Numbered from the stretch's first letter, positions 8,901 through 18,770 are shown. The stretch: DNA of 64,000 nt from an uncultured virus (IMG/VR IMGVR_UViG_3300030106_002968) (IMGVR_UViG_3300030106_002968), one strand, 5' to 3'. Notes: generated from the letters alone by a model not told the origin. Translations and numbers: made by a program.

Positions 8901-11497
8901 CTGGAGGAAATCCTGGTGGTGCTTCTTCACCATCCTTTGGCGATTGTGCCGGTGGTGGCGGAGGTGCAGGTGGCGCTGGTGGTGTAGGCACAGATTTAGC
9001 TGGGAATGGCCCAAGTGGCTCAACAGGTAGACCACCGGGAACTGGTGGTGATGGAGGTGCTGGTTCTGCAAACCCAACATTTGCAGCTCCATTTATAAGC
9101 CCAGCAATACCAGCGGGTGCAGCTACAGCAATAGGTGCCACAGGATTATTTGCAGGCGGAGGTGGTGGCGCTTCAAATCAACCTGGAGGCGGAGGTTCAG
9201 GAGGTTCTGGCGGAGGCGGAGGTGGCCGAGGACCTGGCGGAGGTCAAAGTGCTGGTGTTGATGGCACCGGTGGTGGCGGAGGTGGTGGTGAAGAAAATGC
9301 TCCAAGTCCTTCAGGTGAAAAAGTAGGTGCAGATGGTGGTAATGGTATAGTAATCTTGAGATATCAAGCTCTTGAAGAAAAAGGTATTAACAAAAGAGGC
9401 TTACACGCTGTTGACTTGCAAAGAGACAGAGAGGATGATGATGAAGTTGCAGCTGCAAATAATAGTTCTATTTTAGGTGGTCAAAATAATAAAATATCTG
9501 CAGCTGCAACTCATAGCTCAATTGTCGGAGGTCAAGATGTAAGTGTAACAGGAACCCACGGTGTTGCAGGTGGTCAATCAACAACTGCTTCTGGTACTCA
9601 CAGTTTTGCTACTGGTCAATCAACAACAGCCTCTGGCACTCATAGCTCTGCTACTGGTCAATCAACAACTGCTTCTGGTACTCATAGCTCTGCTACTGGT
9701 CAATCAACAACAGCCTCTGGTAATCACAGTTTTGCTAGTGGACAATCAACAACAGCCTCTGGCACTCATAGCTCTGCTACTGGTCAATCAACAACAGCCT
9801 CTGGCACTCATAGCTTTGCAATAGGCAACGACACATTAGCTTCTGGTAATTTCAGTTTTGCTGGTGGTTATAATGATACAAGGGCCACAGGTGCAGGCTC
9901 ATTTGCTTTTGGTGATACAGCGAGGGCATTTGGCACAGAATCAATTGCTATGGGTGAAAATGTATTTGCAAATAACAATCAATGCGTAGCCATAGGCCAC
10001 GAAAACAAAGCAAATGGATTAGAGTCAGCTGCTGTTGGTGGTATAAGAAATGAAGCTACAGGTAATTTTAGTGCAGCTATTGGGGGTCGAGAAAACACAG
10101 CATCAGGAGGTCGCTCGTTTGTTATTGGCGAAGAAAACACATCTTCCGGGGACTATTCTTTTGCTGGTGGTTATTATTCTACTTCATCGGCAAACTCTTC
10201 ATTTGCAATGGGTGCTAACACAACAGCGAGTGGTAGTTTTAGTGTTGCTCATGGTGAGGATACAGTTGCTTCTGGCACTCACTCAGCAGTTTTAGCAAGC
10301 AGCTCATCAACTGCAAACCAAACTGGTGCAGTTGTTATAGGCGGAGCGACGCAAGTAGTTGCAAATGGTACATCTTCAATAGCAGGCGGGTATCAATCTA
10401 GGTGTTCGGGTAACTACGCAATTGCATTTGGCTATCAAGCAATTGTTGATAATAGTGATTCTTTTTCTTTTGGTTCGGTTAACAAAGTTTATTCTGGGGG
10501 AAGTTTTTCTGGTATATTTGCTGGCAATAATAATGAATTTTTTGGAGATTATGGTTTTATTGGTGGTGGTAGATTTAATGATATTGAATCAACTGCATTT
10601 AACGCTGGTATGGTAGCTGGTTATTCCAATGAGATATCCGGTGATTATGATTTTATCGGTGGTGGTCGTCTTCTTGTTATGGGTTCAGGAGCACGATATT
10701 CTGCCATGATAGGTGGTTATCAAAATACTCTTGATGGTGACCAAAGTGCTATTGTAGCAGGTCAACTAAACAGCATAGATTCAGCTTCAGCATATTCTGG
10801 CATACTTGCTGGTTATCAAAATGACATAGAAGGTGACCGAAGTGCTATTGTAGCAGGTCAAGATAATATAATATCTAGTGAAGCCAATTATTCAGCCATA
10901 ATAGGTGGACGTCAAAATGACATAGAGTCGGAATATAGTGTTGTTTTAGGAGGTCGAAAAGCTCAAGCTCCAGTCCTAGGATATGATGCAGCCGTTATTA
11001 TACCTGGTCATAGGGCCGAACTTAGTGCTTCTTACATACAAAAAAGAACAATGGGTTTATTATCTAGGTCAACAAGTGCAACACCAGTATTTCTCACTCA
11101 GGATGAGTCTATTAATACTAACGGTAATGTTGCTACATCCTCAATGATTATATTTGGAGTGCAACAATATACCGTTGCTTACTTTCAAGGCACTTGTGTT
11201 GCACATTCAGATGAGGGCGATGACTCTAAAGCTTGGACAATTAAAGGAATACTTAAAAAATCAGGTTCAACTTCTAATTTTTTTCAAGTTACAGTTACAG
11301 CTGAATTTGCTTCATCTGGAGCATCTGCTTGGGATTTAGAAGTTACTGAATCTAGCAGTTCTGATAATAGCCTCATGCCATTTGGTTACCGGGGGTTAAA
11401 AGTAAAAGGGACTGGAGAGGCCTCTCACACCATAGCATGGTTTGCTTCTTTTGATATAACCGAAATGAATCATACAAATTCTGATTTATCATTATAA
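5975..11497 (+). CDS. Large mosaic tail fibre/adhesin (1840 aa)
   Basis: AFxxAN heptad stalk, one Gly-rich domain, YadA-head-like 14-15-aa repeats, beta-rich C-terminal domain; lies just upstream of the neck genes. Confidence 0.85.
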   Translation: MPSGSIANASSISATVQSTGKTTVASQSDLNSRSATVQSTNRTTVVSQTFSATPNVSFDSLTDFDQTGVQDGFYIQYDSPNDRYITKQIGDANGSFTQANLAFDKANAAFNAANNATDTFVRDHANAAFDKANTNATNITSNEVFSNNAFHQANAAFNAANNAVDTYAGNHSNAAFDKANTNATNITTAQNHADAAFTSGNTTQIFANNAFHHANSAFASGNTNDISTTASFLHANSAFAKANQNALSLGSSITSAFNKANSNFIFANNSFHHANAAFDAANNATDTFVREHANAAFDKANTNATNITSNDVFSNNAFHHANAAFTSSNTKLSTSGGSITGDITIAGNIIPNASNTFNLGSESVFWRDLYLSGNTLILGGTKMETDPVSGGVVFIPRVTNKFPNPKALFISPQGRMVTKQTTAGRLTPDQLAQANSQAATDDSLSNEFILNSSNTANLAFARANGAHVKGDLALTKVDAAFASGNTNQVFANNAFHHANAAFASGNTNATNVTAAQAKADAAFASGNTKLSLSGGVIAGALTVTQNVVVTGNLRVEGEQQVVNSTIVQVADNILTLNSAIGQGSAPVKDAGIEIDRGSSANVLLKYSETNDEWQFTNDGSNFHTIASHSFANNAFHHANAAFTAGNTNATNITTAQNSADASFKHANAAFGAGNTNATNTTTAQNSADASFKHANAAFGAGNTNATNVTTAQNHADAAFASGNTNQVFANNAFNHANAAFGAGNNNATNVTTAQNSADAGFKHANAAFIKANSALNNITETFDITSPNDTIPAVTLQASSDSNNDIDVVVAPKGNAAFLLEASKAASGANIAQFQTGGSQVMAGLFAYHVFTSNGTFALANVANVEYLVVGGGGGGGGTTSSSTGAGGGGGAGRLLTGTFSNLAAASYAVVVGTGGSGVDTGNGDNGTLSSVNSIVAAGGGGGGDGDPEADGSDGGSGGGGGGDNSNRSGGSGLSPGGNPGGASSPSFGDCAGGGGGAGGAGGVGTDLAGNGPSGSTGRPPGTGGDGGAGSANPTFAAPFISPAIPAGAATAIGATGLFAGGGGGASNQPGGGGSGGSGGGGGGRGPGGGQSAGVDGTGGGGGGGEENAPSPSGEKVGADGGNGIVILRYQALEEKGINKRGLHAVDLQRDREDDDEVAAANNSSILGGQNNKISAAATHSSIVGGQDVSVTGTHGVAGGQSTTASGTHSFATGQSTTASGTHSSATGQSTTASGTHSSATGQSTTASGNHSFASGQSTTASGTHSSATGQSTTASGTHSFAIGNDTLASGNFSFAGGYNDTRATGAGSFAFGDTARAFGTESIAMGENVFANNNQCVAIGHENKANGLESAAVGGIRNEATGNFSAAIGGRENTASGGRSFVIGEENTSSGDYSFAGGYYSTSSANSSFAMGANTTASGSFSVAHGEDTVASGTHSAVLASSSSTANQTGAVVIGGATQVVANGTSSIAGGYQSRCSGNYAIAFGYQAIVDNSDSFSFGSVNKVYSGGSFSGIFAGNNNEFFGDYGFIGGGRFNDIESTAFNAGMVAGYSNEISGDYDFIGGGRLLVMGSGARYSAMIGGYQNTLDGDQSAIVAGQLNSIDSASAYSGILAGYQNDIEGDRSAIVAGQDNIISSEANYSAIIGGRQNDIESEYSVVLGGRKAQAPVLGYDAAVIIPGHRAELSASYIQKRTMGLLSRSTSATPVFLTQDESINTNGNVATSSMIIFGVQQYTVAYFQGTCVAHSDEGDDSKAWTIKGILKKSGSTSNFFQVTVTAEFASSGASAWDLEVTESSSSDNSLMPFGYRGLKVKGTGEASHTIAWFASFDITEMNHTNSDLSL
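9572..9823 (+). repeat. Six 42-bp tandem repeats encoding GQSTTASGxHSxAx
   Basis: Units start at 9572, 9614, 9656, 9698, 9740 and 9782; near-identical DNA, in frame. Confidence 0.9.
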
Positions 11498-11509
11498 TAG
11501 GACAAAAAA

Positions 11510-11818
11510 ATGGCATTACAAATAAATTTATTAAGTACAAACGAAAAAAATGATTTAAATTTTAATTTTTCTGAAGCGTATGCTAGAATTGAATCTTATC
11601 ATGGTAAAAAAAATATGATATATTATAAAGTTTCTGTTTACCCAGATTCATCAAGTGCAAACACAGAATTAAGAGGAACAGGTATTTTCAGAGAAACTTA
11701 TCAAATCTCTAAAAATGAATCTGATGTTTCTGTTAATTTATCTTCAGGAAATATATTGACTGAATTATACACACATTTAAAAACGCAAGAAACATTTAAA
11801 GATGGTATAGATGTTTGA
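11510..11818 (+). CDS. Hypothetical protein, possibly fibre chaperone
   Basis: 102-aa ORF with AGGA RBS directly after the fibre gene. Confidence 0.65.
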   Translation: MALQINLLSTNEKNDLNFNFSEAYARIESYHGKKNMIYYKVSVYPDSSSANTELRGTGIFRETYQISKNESDVSVNLSSGNILTELYTHLKTQETFKDGIDV

Positions 11819-11824
11819 ATTTAT

Positions 11825-11840
11825 AATAAATAGATAAATA
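11825..11840 (+). promoter_or_regulatory. Tandem late-promoter motifs (AATAAATA, GATAAATA)
   Basis: Two TAAATA cores upstream of gp13. Confidence 0.6.
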
Positions 11841-11865
11841 GTATGAAAGATTTTAAGGATAAAAA

Positions 11866-12861
11866 ATGCCACTAACTTCAGGATATTCAGGAAAACCAAA
11901 TACTAGACAATCATTCAAAGATTATTGTCTTAGGAGATTGGGTGCACCAGTAATTGAAATTAATGTTGATGATGAACAAGTAGAAGATCGTATCGATGAT
12001 GCTCTTCAATATTTTCACGACTATCATTTTGATGGTGTAGAAAAAATCTTTATGAAGCATCAAATAACACAAACTGACATTGAGAGAAAATGGATTTACG
12101 CCCCTGATGCGGTAATATTTGTGAACGGTGTTTTTCCTTTTGATGATTCTAACTCATCAATTAATATGTTTGACTTGAGATACCAATTAAGATTGCATGA
12201 CTTGTATGACTTCACATCTGTTTCTTATGTATCATATGAGATTACAATGCAACATATCAGAACTTTAAATCTTTTATTTTCAGGCACACCACAGTTTAGA
12301 TTCAATCGTCATCAGAACAAATTATTTTTAGATATAGATTGGACAAGAGACTTAAATGTAGGCGAATATGTTATCGTAGAATGTTATCGTAAGTTACAAC
12401 CAGATACAATCAATATAACTGGTACAGCTGCAATCACAAGTGATGCAAATACACTCACAGGAACAAGCACAACTTTTGATCAACAGTTGATTGAAAATGA
12501 TTTTATAACATTAGCAAACACATCAAACACCTCTGATACAGTAGATGTTCAAATCAAACAAATAAATTCACCAACATCTATTACATTAAGAAGTAATCCA
12601 GGAACAACAATGACAGAGGCAAGTATTACACAGGCAGGATTTTCTGATGTGTGGGATGATAGATTCTTAAAAAAATATACAACAGCTCTCATAAAATATC
12701 AATGGGGTTCTAATCTATCAAAATTTGCTGGTATTCAAATGCCAGGTGGTGTTACACTAGATGGCCCTAGAATTATGGAAGAAGCAAAAGCAGAAATAGA
12801 CAAGATAGAAGAGGAGATGCAAGTCTTGAATGTGTTGCCAAATGAAATTTACATGGGGTAA
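11866..12861 (+). CDS. gp13: Neck protein gp13
   Basis: YCLRRLGAPVIEINVDDEQVEDRIDDALQYF and QWGSNLSKF..PGGVTLDG motifs; synteny. Confidence 0.95.
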   Translation: MPLTSGYSGKPNTRQSFKDYCLRRLGAPVIEINVDDEQVEDRIDDALQYFHDYHFDGVEKIFMKHQITQTDIERKWIYAPDAVIFVNGVFPFDDSNSSINMFDLRYQLRLHDLYDFTSVSYVSYEITMQHIRTLNLLFSGTPQFRFNRHQNKLFLDIDWTRDLNVGEYVIVECYRKLQPDTINITGTAAITSDANTLTGTSTTFDQQLIENDFITLANTSNTSDTVDVQIKQINSPTSITLRSNPGTTMTEASITQAGFSDVWDDRFLKKYTTALIKYQWGSNLSKFAGIQMPGGVTLDGPRIMEEAKAEIDKIEEEMQVLNVLPNEIYMG

Positions 12862-12864
12862 ATA

Positions 12865-13755
12865 ATGGCAACGAATCAGTATTTTAATCCTTTTCCAGCT
12901 AATCAGATAACAAATGAACAACTATTAGTTGAAGATTTAGTTATTGAGTCCATGAAAATTTATGGCATGGACATTTTTTATTTACCAAGAACAAGTAGAG
13001 ATTCAGTCGATTTTCTTTTTGGTGAAGATACTCTAAAACAATATACTTCAGCACATTCTATTGAGATGTATCTTGAAAATATAAATGGCATGGAGGGTGA
13101 GGGTGATTTTATCTCTAAATTTGGGTTAGAAATAAGAGATGAAGTTAATTACCTTGTATCTCGTAGAAGATTTGTGGCTACAACTGGTCAATCAAGACCA
13201 AATGAAGGTGATTTAATTTATGTACCTCTTGTAGATTCTTTTTTTGAAATTACTTTTGTTGAACATGAAAATGATCAAGCCATGTTTTACACATTAGGTC
13301 GTGGTCGTGATGCAAATGTGTATGTATTTGCACTAAAACTTAAAAAGTTTGTATTTTCTAATGAGGTTATTGAAACTGGTGTTGCAGAAGTTGATAATGA
13401 TATTCGTGATATGTACCCAAGAACAACGATTACAATTACTTCAGGTTCTGGTACCTTTGTTGCTGATGAAATAATATATCAAAGTTCAGATGGCACTCTT
13501 GCAAATGCAACAGCGCAAGCTCTTGTTCATACATTTACACAAAACACATCTTTACAAGTTTACAGAACTCAAGGCACTTTTGGTTCTGGTAATGTAATTG
13601 GTAACACATCAAGTGCTCAATGGATTGTAAATACTGCTGATGATACTGCCACGATGAATACTGCATTTGAAGATATTGTTGATAATAATAGAATAGAAGT
13701 AGGTGGTGATGGCATACTAGACTTTAGTGAAACAAATCCATTTGGTGAGGCATAA
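12865..13755 (+). CDS. gp14: Neck/head closure protein gp14
   Basis: EQLLVEDLVIESMKIYG, SKFGLEIRDE, RPNEGDLIY, C-terminal DFSETNPFG. Confidence 0.95.
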   Translation: MATNQYFNPFPANQITNEQLLVEDLVIESMKIYGMDIFYLPRTSRDSVDFLFGEDTLKQYTSAHSIEMYLENINGMEGEGDFISKFGLEIRDEVNYLVSRRRFVATTGQSRPNEGDLIYVPLVDSFFEITFVEHENDQAMFYTLGRGRDANVYVFALKLKKFVFSNEVIETGVAEVDNDIRDMYPRTTITITSGSGTFVADEIIYQSSDGTLANATAQALVHTFTQNTSLQVYRTQGTFGSGNVIGNTSSAQWIVNTADDTATMNTAFEDIVDNNRIEVGGDGILDFSETNPFGEA

Positions 13756-14759
13756 TGTTAGGCAATTCACAATTTTATCATAGAACAATTAGAAAAGTTG
13801 TTGTCGCATTTGGCACAGTTTTTAATGATATACTTTTACAAAGATATAATGCTGATGGTCTAACAAAAAGAGAAATATTCAAGGTGCCTCTATCTTATGG
13901 TGCAAAAGAAAAATATCTTACAAGAATCACATCAGACCCTAATTTAACAAAATCAGTTGCAACTGTGGTGCCTCGCATATCATTTGAAATGGTAAGTATG
14001 TCATATGACACAGGTAGAAAATTAAATACACTCACTCAAAATTTTGCAGCTAATACAGCTACTGCTGTAAAAACACAATATAGACCCATACCATATAACT
14101 TTGAATTTAACTTATCAATCTATGTAAGAAATACAGAAGATGGCACACAAATATTAGAGCAAATATTACCATTCTTCACACCAGATTTCACAGTTACGGT
14201 AAACTTTGTGCCTGAGATGAATCAAAAGTATGATATGCCAATAGTGTTAAACTCTGTAAATTCTACTGTAGATTATGAAGGTGATATGATGTCTACAAGA
14301 TTAATTATGTGGGATCTCTCTTTTACTGCTAAGAGTTATATTTTTCCACCAGTTAAATCTGGCAAATATATTCGTCAGGCAAATACAAATATTTTCATTG
14401 ATAGTCAAGTAAAAACAGCTCAAAAGGTAACAACTGATTTAAACCCAACTAATCCAGATAGACTTTTAATAGAGGGTGAAACAATCCGTGTTACATCGAG
14501 AGATGTTGTAGGTGTTGTAAAAAGATTTACTAATGTTGCAAATACACAGTTAGTGGCAACTGATCTAAATAAATTATTAGAAGCTGGTGATATTGTTACA
14601 GGTGATTCATCAAATGCGACTGTTACAATAACATCAGTTGAGAGTGAACCATTAAAAGCGGCTGCTCTTATATTAACACCAAACCCATCTAACGCAGGAC
14701 CAGATGATGAGTTTGGTTTTTCAGAGAGTATAACCGAATATCCAGATACATTGTTATGA
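13755..14759 (+). CDS. gp15: Tail sheath stabiliser/tail terminator gp15
   Basis: FYHRTIRKVVVAFGTVFN, VPLSY, PRISFE, QILEQILPFFTP. Confidence 0.95.
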   Translation: MLGNSQFYHRTIRKVVVAFGTVFNDILLQRYNADGLTKREIFKVPLSYGAKEKYLTRITSDPNLTKSVATVVPRISFEMVSMSYDTGRKLNTLTQNFAANTATAVKTQYRPIPYNFEFNLSIYVRNTEDGTQILEQILPFFTPDFTVTVNFVPEMNQKYDMPIVLNSVNSTVDYEGDMMSTRLIMWDLSFTAKSYIFPPVKSGKYIRQANTNIFIDSQVKTAQKVTTDLNPTNPDRLLIEGETIRVTSRDVVGVVKRFTNVANTQLVATDLNKLLEAGDIVTGDSSNATVTITSVESEPLKAAALILTPNPSNAGPDDEFGFSESITEYPDTLL

Positions 14760-15148
14760 AAAATGAGAAACTATCTAAACTATTAAACATTGAACCAATA
14801 GATGTAACTTCTACCGAAATAGAACCAGTAGAGCCTGAAAAACAGGTTGAAAATGATGCACAATTTGCTCGTGAGAATATTCGTGGACTTATAGACAAAG
14901 GTGGTAACGCACTTGATAGTCTCTTGCGTGTTGCCAAAGAATCAGAACACCCTAGAGCCTTTGAAGTTGTAGCACAAACTCTTAAAAACTTAGGTGAACT
15001 TAATAAAGATTTACTTGAGATACAAAAGAGAAAACGAGACTTAGAACCTAAAAAAACTCAAAATGAAATAAATGTTGATAAAGCTGTATTCGTAGGTTCT
15101 ACAAACGATCTTGTGAAGATGTTAAAGGGTAAGAAAGATGTCAACTGA
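14756..15148 (+). CDS. gp16: Terminase small subunit gp16
   Basis: ESEHPRAFEV and AVFVGST motifs; overlaps gp17. Confidence 0.92.
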   Translation: MKNEKLSKLLNIEPIDVTSTEIEPVEPEKQVENDAQFARENIRGLIDKGGNALDSLLRVAKESEHPRAFEVVAQTLKNLGELNKDLLEIQKRKRDLEPKKTQNEINVDKAVFVGSTNDLVKMLKGKKDVN

Positions 15149-16763
15149 AGGTTATCTTGGTAATGACAAATTAAAAAAAGTCGGTATAGAAATTTCTTTC
15201 ACAGAAGATGAGGCGAAAGAAATACTCAAGTGTTCAGAAGATCCAATATATTTTATTAGAAAATATGTAAAGATTGTCAATGTAGATTTAGGTATCGTTG
15301 ACTTTGATATGTGGCCATTTCAAGAAGAGATGGTTGATGGTTTTCATAAGAATCGTTTTTCAATATGTAAAATGCCAAGACAAGTTGGTAAGACAACTAC
15401 AACTGTAGGTTATATGTTATGGTCTGTTTTATTCAATGCAGATTATACAGTAGGTATTCTTGCAAACAAAGGTCAACTTGCAAGAGAAATACTTGGTCGT
15501 TTACAAAGAGCATATGAATATTTACCATTATGGCTTCAACAAGGTATTATCACTTGGAATAAAGGTAATATAGAACTTGAAAATGGTTCTAAGATATACG
15601 CATACGCAACATCAAACTCAGGTGTGCGAGGCGGTACATACAATCTAATCTTCCTTGATGAGTTTGCTTTCGTGCCACATAATATGGCACAAGAGTTTTT
15701 TACTGCTACATACCCTGTAATATCATCAGGTAAAACAACAAAAGTAATTATTGTTTCAACACCAAATGGTCTCAATTTATTCTACAAAATGTGGATTGAT
15801 GCCATGGAAAAACGATCATCTTATATACCATTTGAAGTTCATTGGTCTATGGTGCCTGGTCGTGATGAGGATTGGAAGAAAGAAACGATACGAAATACAT
15901 CTGAAGAACAGTTTAGACAAGAGTTTGAAACAGAGTTTATAGGTTCGGCAGCCACACTTATATCTGGTGCAAAGTTACGCTCACTTGCATTTTTCAACCC
16001 TATCAGTTCAATTGACAAGTTAGATATGTATGAAGAACCAAAAGAGGGTCATATCTACATAGCTACAGTTGATTGTTCAGAGGGTGTTGGTGCAGACTAT
16101 TCTGCAATCAATATCATAGACGTAACAAAAACACCATACAAACAAGTTGCAAAATATAGGGCAAATGACTTGCCTTTGTTATTTTTCCCAAATATTATTT
16201 ACTCAATGGGTATGAAATACAATGCAGCTTATATACTTATTGAAACAAACAACATTGGTCAACAAGTCGTTGACATATTACATTATGACCTAGAGTATGA
16301 AAATATTTACAAAATAGACCAACATCACATAAAAGGCCAAACAATATCAGGTGGGTTTAAAAGAAATGCTTCATTCGGCATCAAGACTACAAAATCCGTA
16401 AAGAAAATTGGCTGTGCAAACTTAAAAACACTTATTGAATCAGACAAGTTAATTATTGTTGACTTTGATACAATCAATGAATTGAACTCTTTTGTTCGTG
16501 TAAAAGATTCTTATGCGGCTGAAGAGGGTAATAATGATGATTTAGCCATGGGACTTGTATTATTTGGTTGGTTAACAGCACAAGCATACTTTAAAGATTC
16601 TACAGACGTTGATGTAAGGTCAATTCTATTAAAAGAACAAACACTTCTCATAGAAGAAAGTCTAGCTCCAGTAGGGATTATTGATGATGGGTTACAAGAA
16701 GAGGTAACAATTGATGGTGATGATGTCTGGAGTCAAAGTGGCAATATAAATACGAGATTTTGA
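15138..16763 (+). CDS. gp17: Terminase large subunit gp17
   Basis: Walker A PRQVGKTT, Walker B IFLDEFAF, STPNG, nuclease acidic residues (TVDCSEG, DDLAM). Confidence 0.97.
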   Translation: MSTEGYLGNDKLKKVGIEISFTEDEAKEILKCSEDPIYFIRKYVKIVNVDLGIVDFDMWPFQEEMVDGFHKNRFSICKMPRQVGKTTTTVGYMLWSVLFNADYTVGILANKGQLAREILGRLQRAYEYLPLWLQQGIITWNKGNIELENGSKIYAYATSNSGVRGGTYNLIFLDEFAFVPHNMAQEFFTATYPVISSGKTTKVIIVSTPNGLNLFYKMWIDAMEKRSSYIPFEVHWSMVPGRDEDWKKETIRNTSEEQFRQEFETEFIGSAATLISGAKLRSLAFFNPISSIDKLDMYEEPKEGHIYIATVDCSEGVGADYSAINIIDVTKTPYKQVAKYRANDLPLLFFPNIIYSMGMKYNAAYILIETNNIGQQVVDILHYDLEYENIYKIDQHHIKGQTISGGFKRNASFGIKTTKSVKKIGCANLKTLIESDKLIIVDFDTINELNSFVRVKDSYAAEEGNNDDLAMGLVLFGWLTAQAYFKDSTDVDVRSILLKEQTLLIEESLAPVGIIDDGLQEEVTIDGDDVWSQSGNINTRF

Positions 16764-16775
16764 AAACACTAAATA
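16745..16775 (+). promoter_or_regulatory. Late promoters upstream of gp18
   Basis: TATAAATA at 16745-16752 and ACTAAATA at 16768-16775. Confidence 0.65.
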
Positions 16776-16826
16776 GACAGTAAATGAGAATAAACAATCG
16801 TCTAGTCTAATATAAAGGAGAAATCC

Positions 16827-18770
16827 ATGGCATTTCAGTTATCACCAGGAGTAAATGTATCTGAGATTGATCTCACTACAATTGTTCCTTCCGTTGCCAC
16901 TTCAATAGGGGCTCATGCTGGAATATTTGCATGGGGACCAGCAAATGAGATAAAAACTATAGGTAGTGAAGTTCAACTTCAGGAAGAATTTGGTAATCCT
17001 GATAACACTAACTTTGAATACTGGTTCACAGCGGCAAATTTTTTGGCATATGGAAATAATTTAAAACTTGTAAGAGCAATCAATAAAGATCACGCAACTG
17101 GAGCTTTAAATGCAGCTGCAAATGTAGGTGGTGCAATATTAATCGAAAATGATGACGATTATGATTTGAACCATGGCACAGCGGCTAATACAAGTGTAGG
17201 TCCTTTTGCAGCTAAGTATGCAGGCGCAAGAGGTAATTCACTAAGAATTTCTATTTGCCCAAGCGCAAACGCATTTTCACAAAACTTATCAGTTGGTACA
17301 GCTAACCAACAAATAAGAGCCAACGCAGTAGATATTTTTGCAGGTGGTGGTGTTCAAAAGAATGTCATACCATTTAACTCAGCAGCTAATACACGCCAAC
17401 CATTTATCGCAAGAGATAAAGTTTCAATTGATGGTGGCACAACATACTTAGATGTTGTTTCTGCAAATAGTTTTTCAGTAGTTTTAGCTTCAGACCTTAC
17501 AGCTAATGTAGCCGCTGGCACAGCTATGTTAAGAAAATGGCAATACCATGATGACTTCAAAGTCGCACCAGGCACATCAGATTTTGTAACTCAAAAAGGT
17601 GGTTCAGGTGATGAGATGCACGTTGTAGTTGTTGATGAAGATGCTGAGTTTCAAGATACTGCTAATACTGTTTTAGAAAAATTTGAATTTGTTTCTAAAG
17701 CCTCAGATGCTAAAACTGGCACAGGAGACTCAAACTTCTATAAAGAAGTAATTAACAGAACATCAGAAAATATATGGTGGACTGCACATCAACCAGGTGG
17801 CACAAATTGGGGTGGTAATTCTGCCACAGCATTTACAGAGGTACAATCACCATTTTCTGCCTCATTAGTGGGTGGTGCTGATGGCACAACTTCAACTGCA
17901 AACGTAGTTACAGCATTTGACAATTTTGCCGATGCTGATTCAGTTGACATATCACTTGTAATGACTGGTCCAGGAGACCAAACAGTTGCTACTCATGTAA
18001 TTGATAATATAGCAGTTACAAGAAAAGACTGTATCGCTTTTGTTTCACCAAGAAGAGCTGATGTTGTAAACAATGCAGGTAATGAAGTTGATGACATTAA
18101 AACATTCCGCAACTTACTCACCTCTACATCATTTGCTTTCTTAGACTCTGGTTACAAATATCAGTACGACAAGTTTAATGACGTATTCAGATATGTGCCA
18201 CTTAATGGCGATATAGCTGGACTTTGTGTAAGAACAGACGTAGAGAGAGATGCTTGGTTCTCACCAGGCGGTCTCAATCGTGGTATTATAAAGAACGTAA
18301 TTAAACTTGCGTTTAATCCTACAAAGACAAATAGAGATGATCTATATGTATCTGGTATAAACCCAGTCGTTTCATTCCAAGGTGAAGGTACAGTATTGTT
18401 TGGAGACAAGACAATGCAATCAAAACCTTCAGCATTTGATAGAATCAATGTTCGCAGATTGTTCATTGTGTTAGAAAAAGCAATCTCAAGAGCTGCGAGA
18501 TTCTCACTCTTTGAATTTAACGACCAGTTTACAAGGTCTCAGTTTGTTGCTCTTGTAGAACCATTCTTGAGAGATGTCCAAGGTCGCCGAGGCATTACAG
18601 ACTTTAGAGTTGTTTGTGATGAATCAAATAATACTGGCGAAGTAATTGACCGTAATGAGTTTGTAGGTGATATATTCATCAAACCTGCAAGATCAATTAA
18701 CTTCATACAACTTAACTTTGTAGCAGTAAGAACAGGAGTTTCGTTTGAAGAGGTCGTAGGACGCTTCTAA
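16827..18770 (+). CDS. gp18: Tail sheath protein gp18
   Basis: MAFQLSPGVNVSEIDLT start; SAFDRINVRRLF; KPARSINFIQLNFVA. Confidence 0.97.
   Translation: MAFQLSPGVNVSEIDLTTIVPSVATSIGAHAGIFAWGPANEIKTIGSEVQLQEEFGNPDNTNFEYWFTAANFLAYGNNLKLVRAINKDHATGALNAAANVGGAILIENDDDYDLNHGTAANTSVGPFAAKYAGARGNSLRISICPSANAFSQNLSVGTANQQIRANAVDIFAGGGVQKNVIPFNSAANTRQPFIARDKVSIDGGTTYLDVVSANSFSVVLASDLTANVAAGTAMLRKWQYHDDFKVAPGTSDFVTQKGGSGDEMHVVVVDEDAEFQDTANTVLEKFEFVSKASDAKTGTGDSNFYKEVINRTSENIWWTAHQPGGTNWGGNSATAFTEVQSPFSASLVGGADGTTSTANVVTAFDNFADADSVDISLVMTGPGDQTVATHVIDNIAVTRKDCIAFVSPRRADVVNNAGNEVDDIKTFRNLLTSTSFAFLDSGYKYQYDKFNDVFRYVPLNGDIAGLCVRTDVERDAWFSPGGLNRGIIKNVIKLAFNPTKTNRDDLYVSGINPVVSFQGEGTVLFGDKTMQSKPSAFDRINVRRLFIVLEKAISRAARFSLFEFNDQFTRSQFVALVEPFLRDVQGRRGITDFRVVCDESNNTGEVIDRNEFVGDIFIKPARSINFIQLNFVAVRTGVSFEEVVGRF

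Noticed and set aside
215..9326. Pro/His-rich minus-strand ORFs and Val-rich alternative-frame ORFs
   Set aside because: They are shadows of GGN-rich glycine codons in the real + strand genes and overlap them fully.
9572..9823. 42-bp repeats as a CRISPR array
   Set aside because: The units are contiguous, in frame, have no unique spacers, and no cas genes are present.
1..11497. Diversity-generating retroelement acting on the fibre genes
   Set aside because: No reverse transcriptase in the window, and I saw no repeat pair differing only at adenines.
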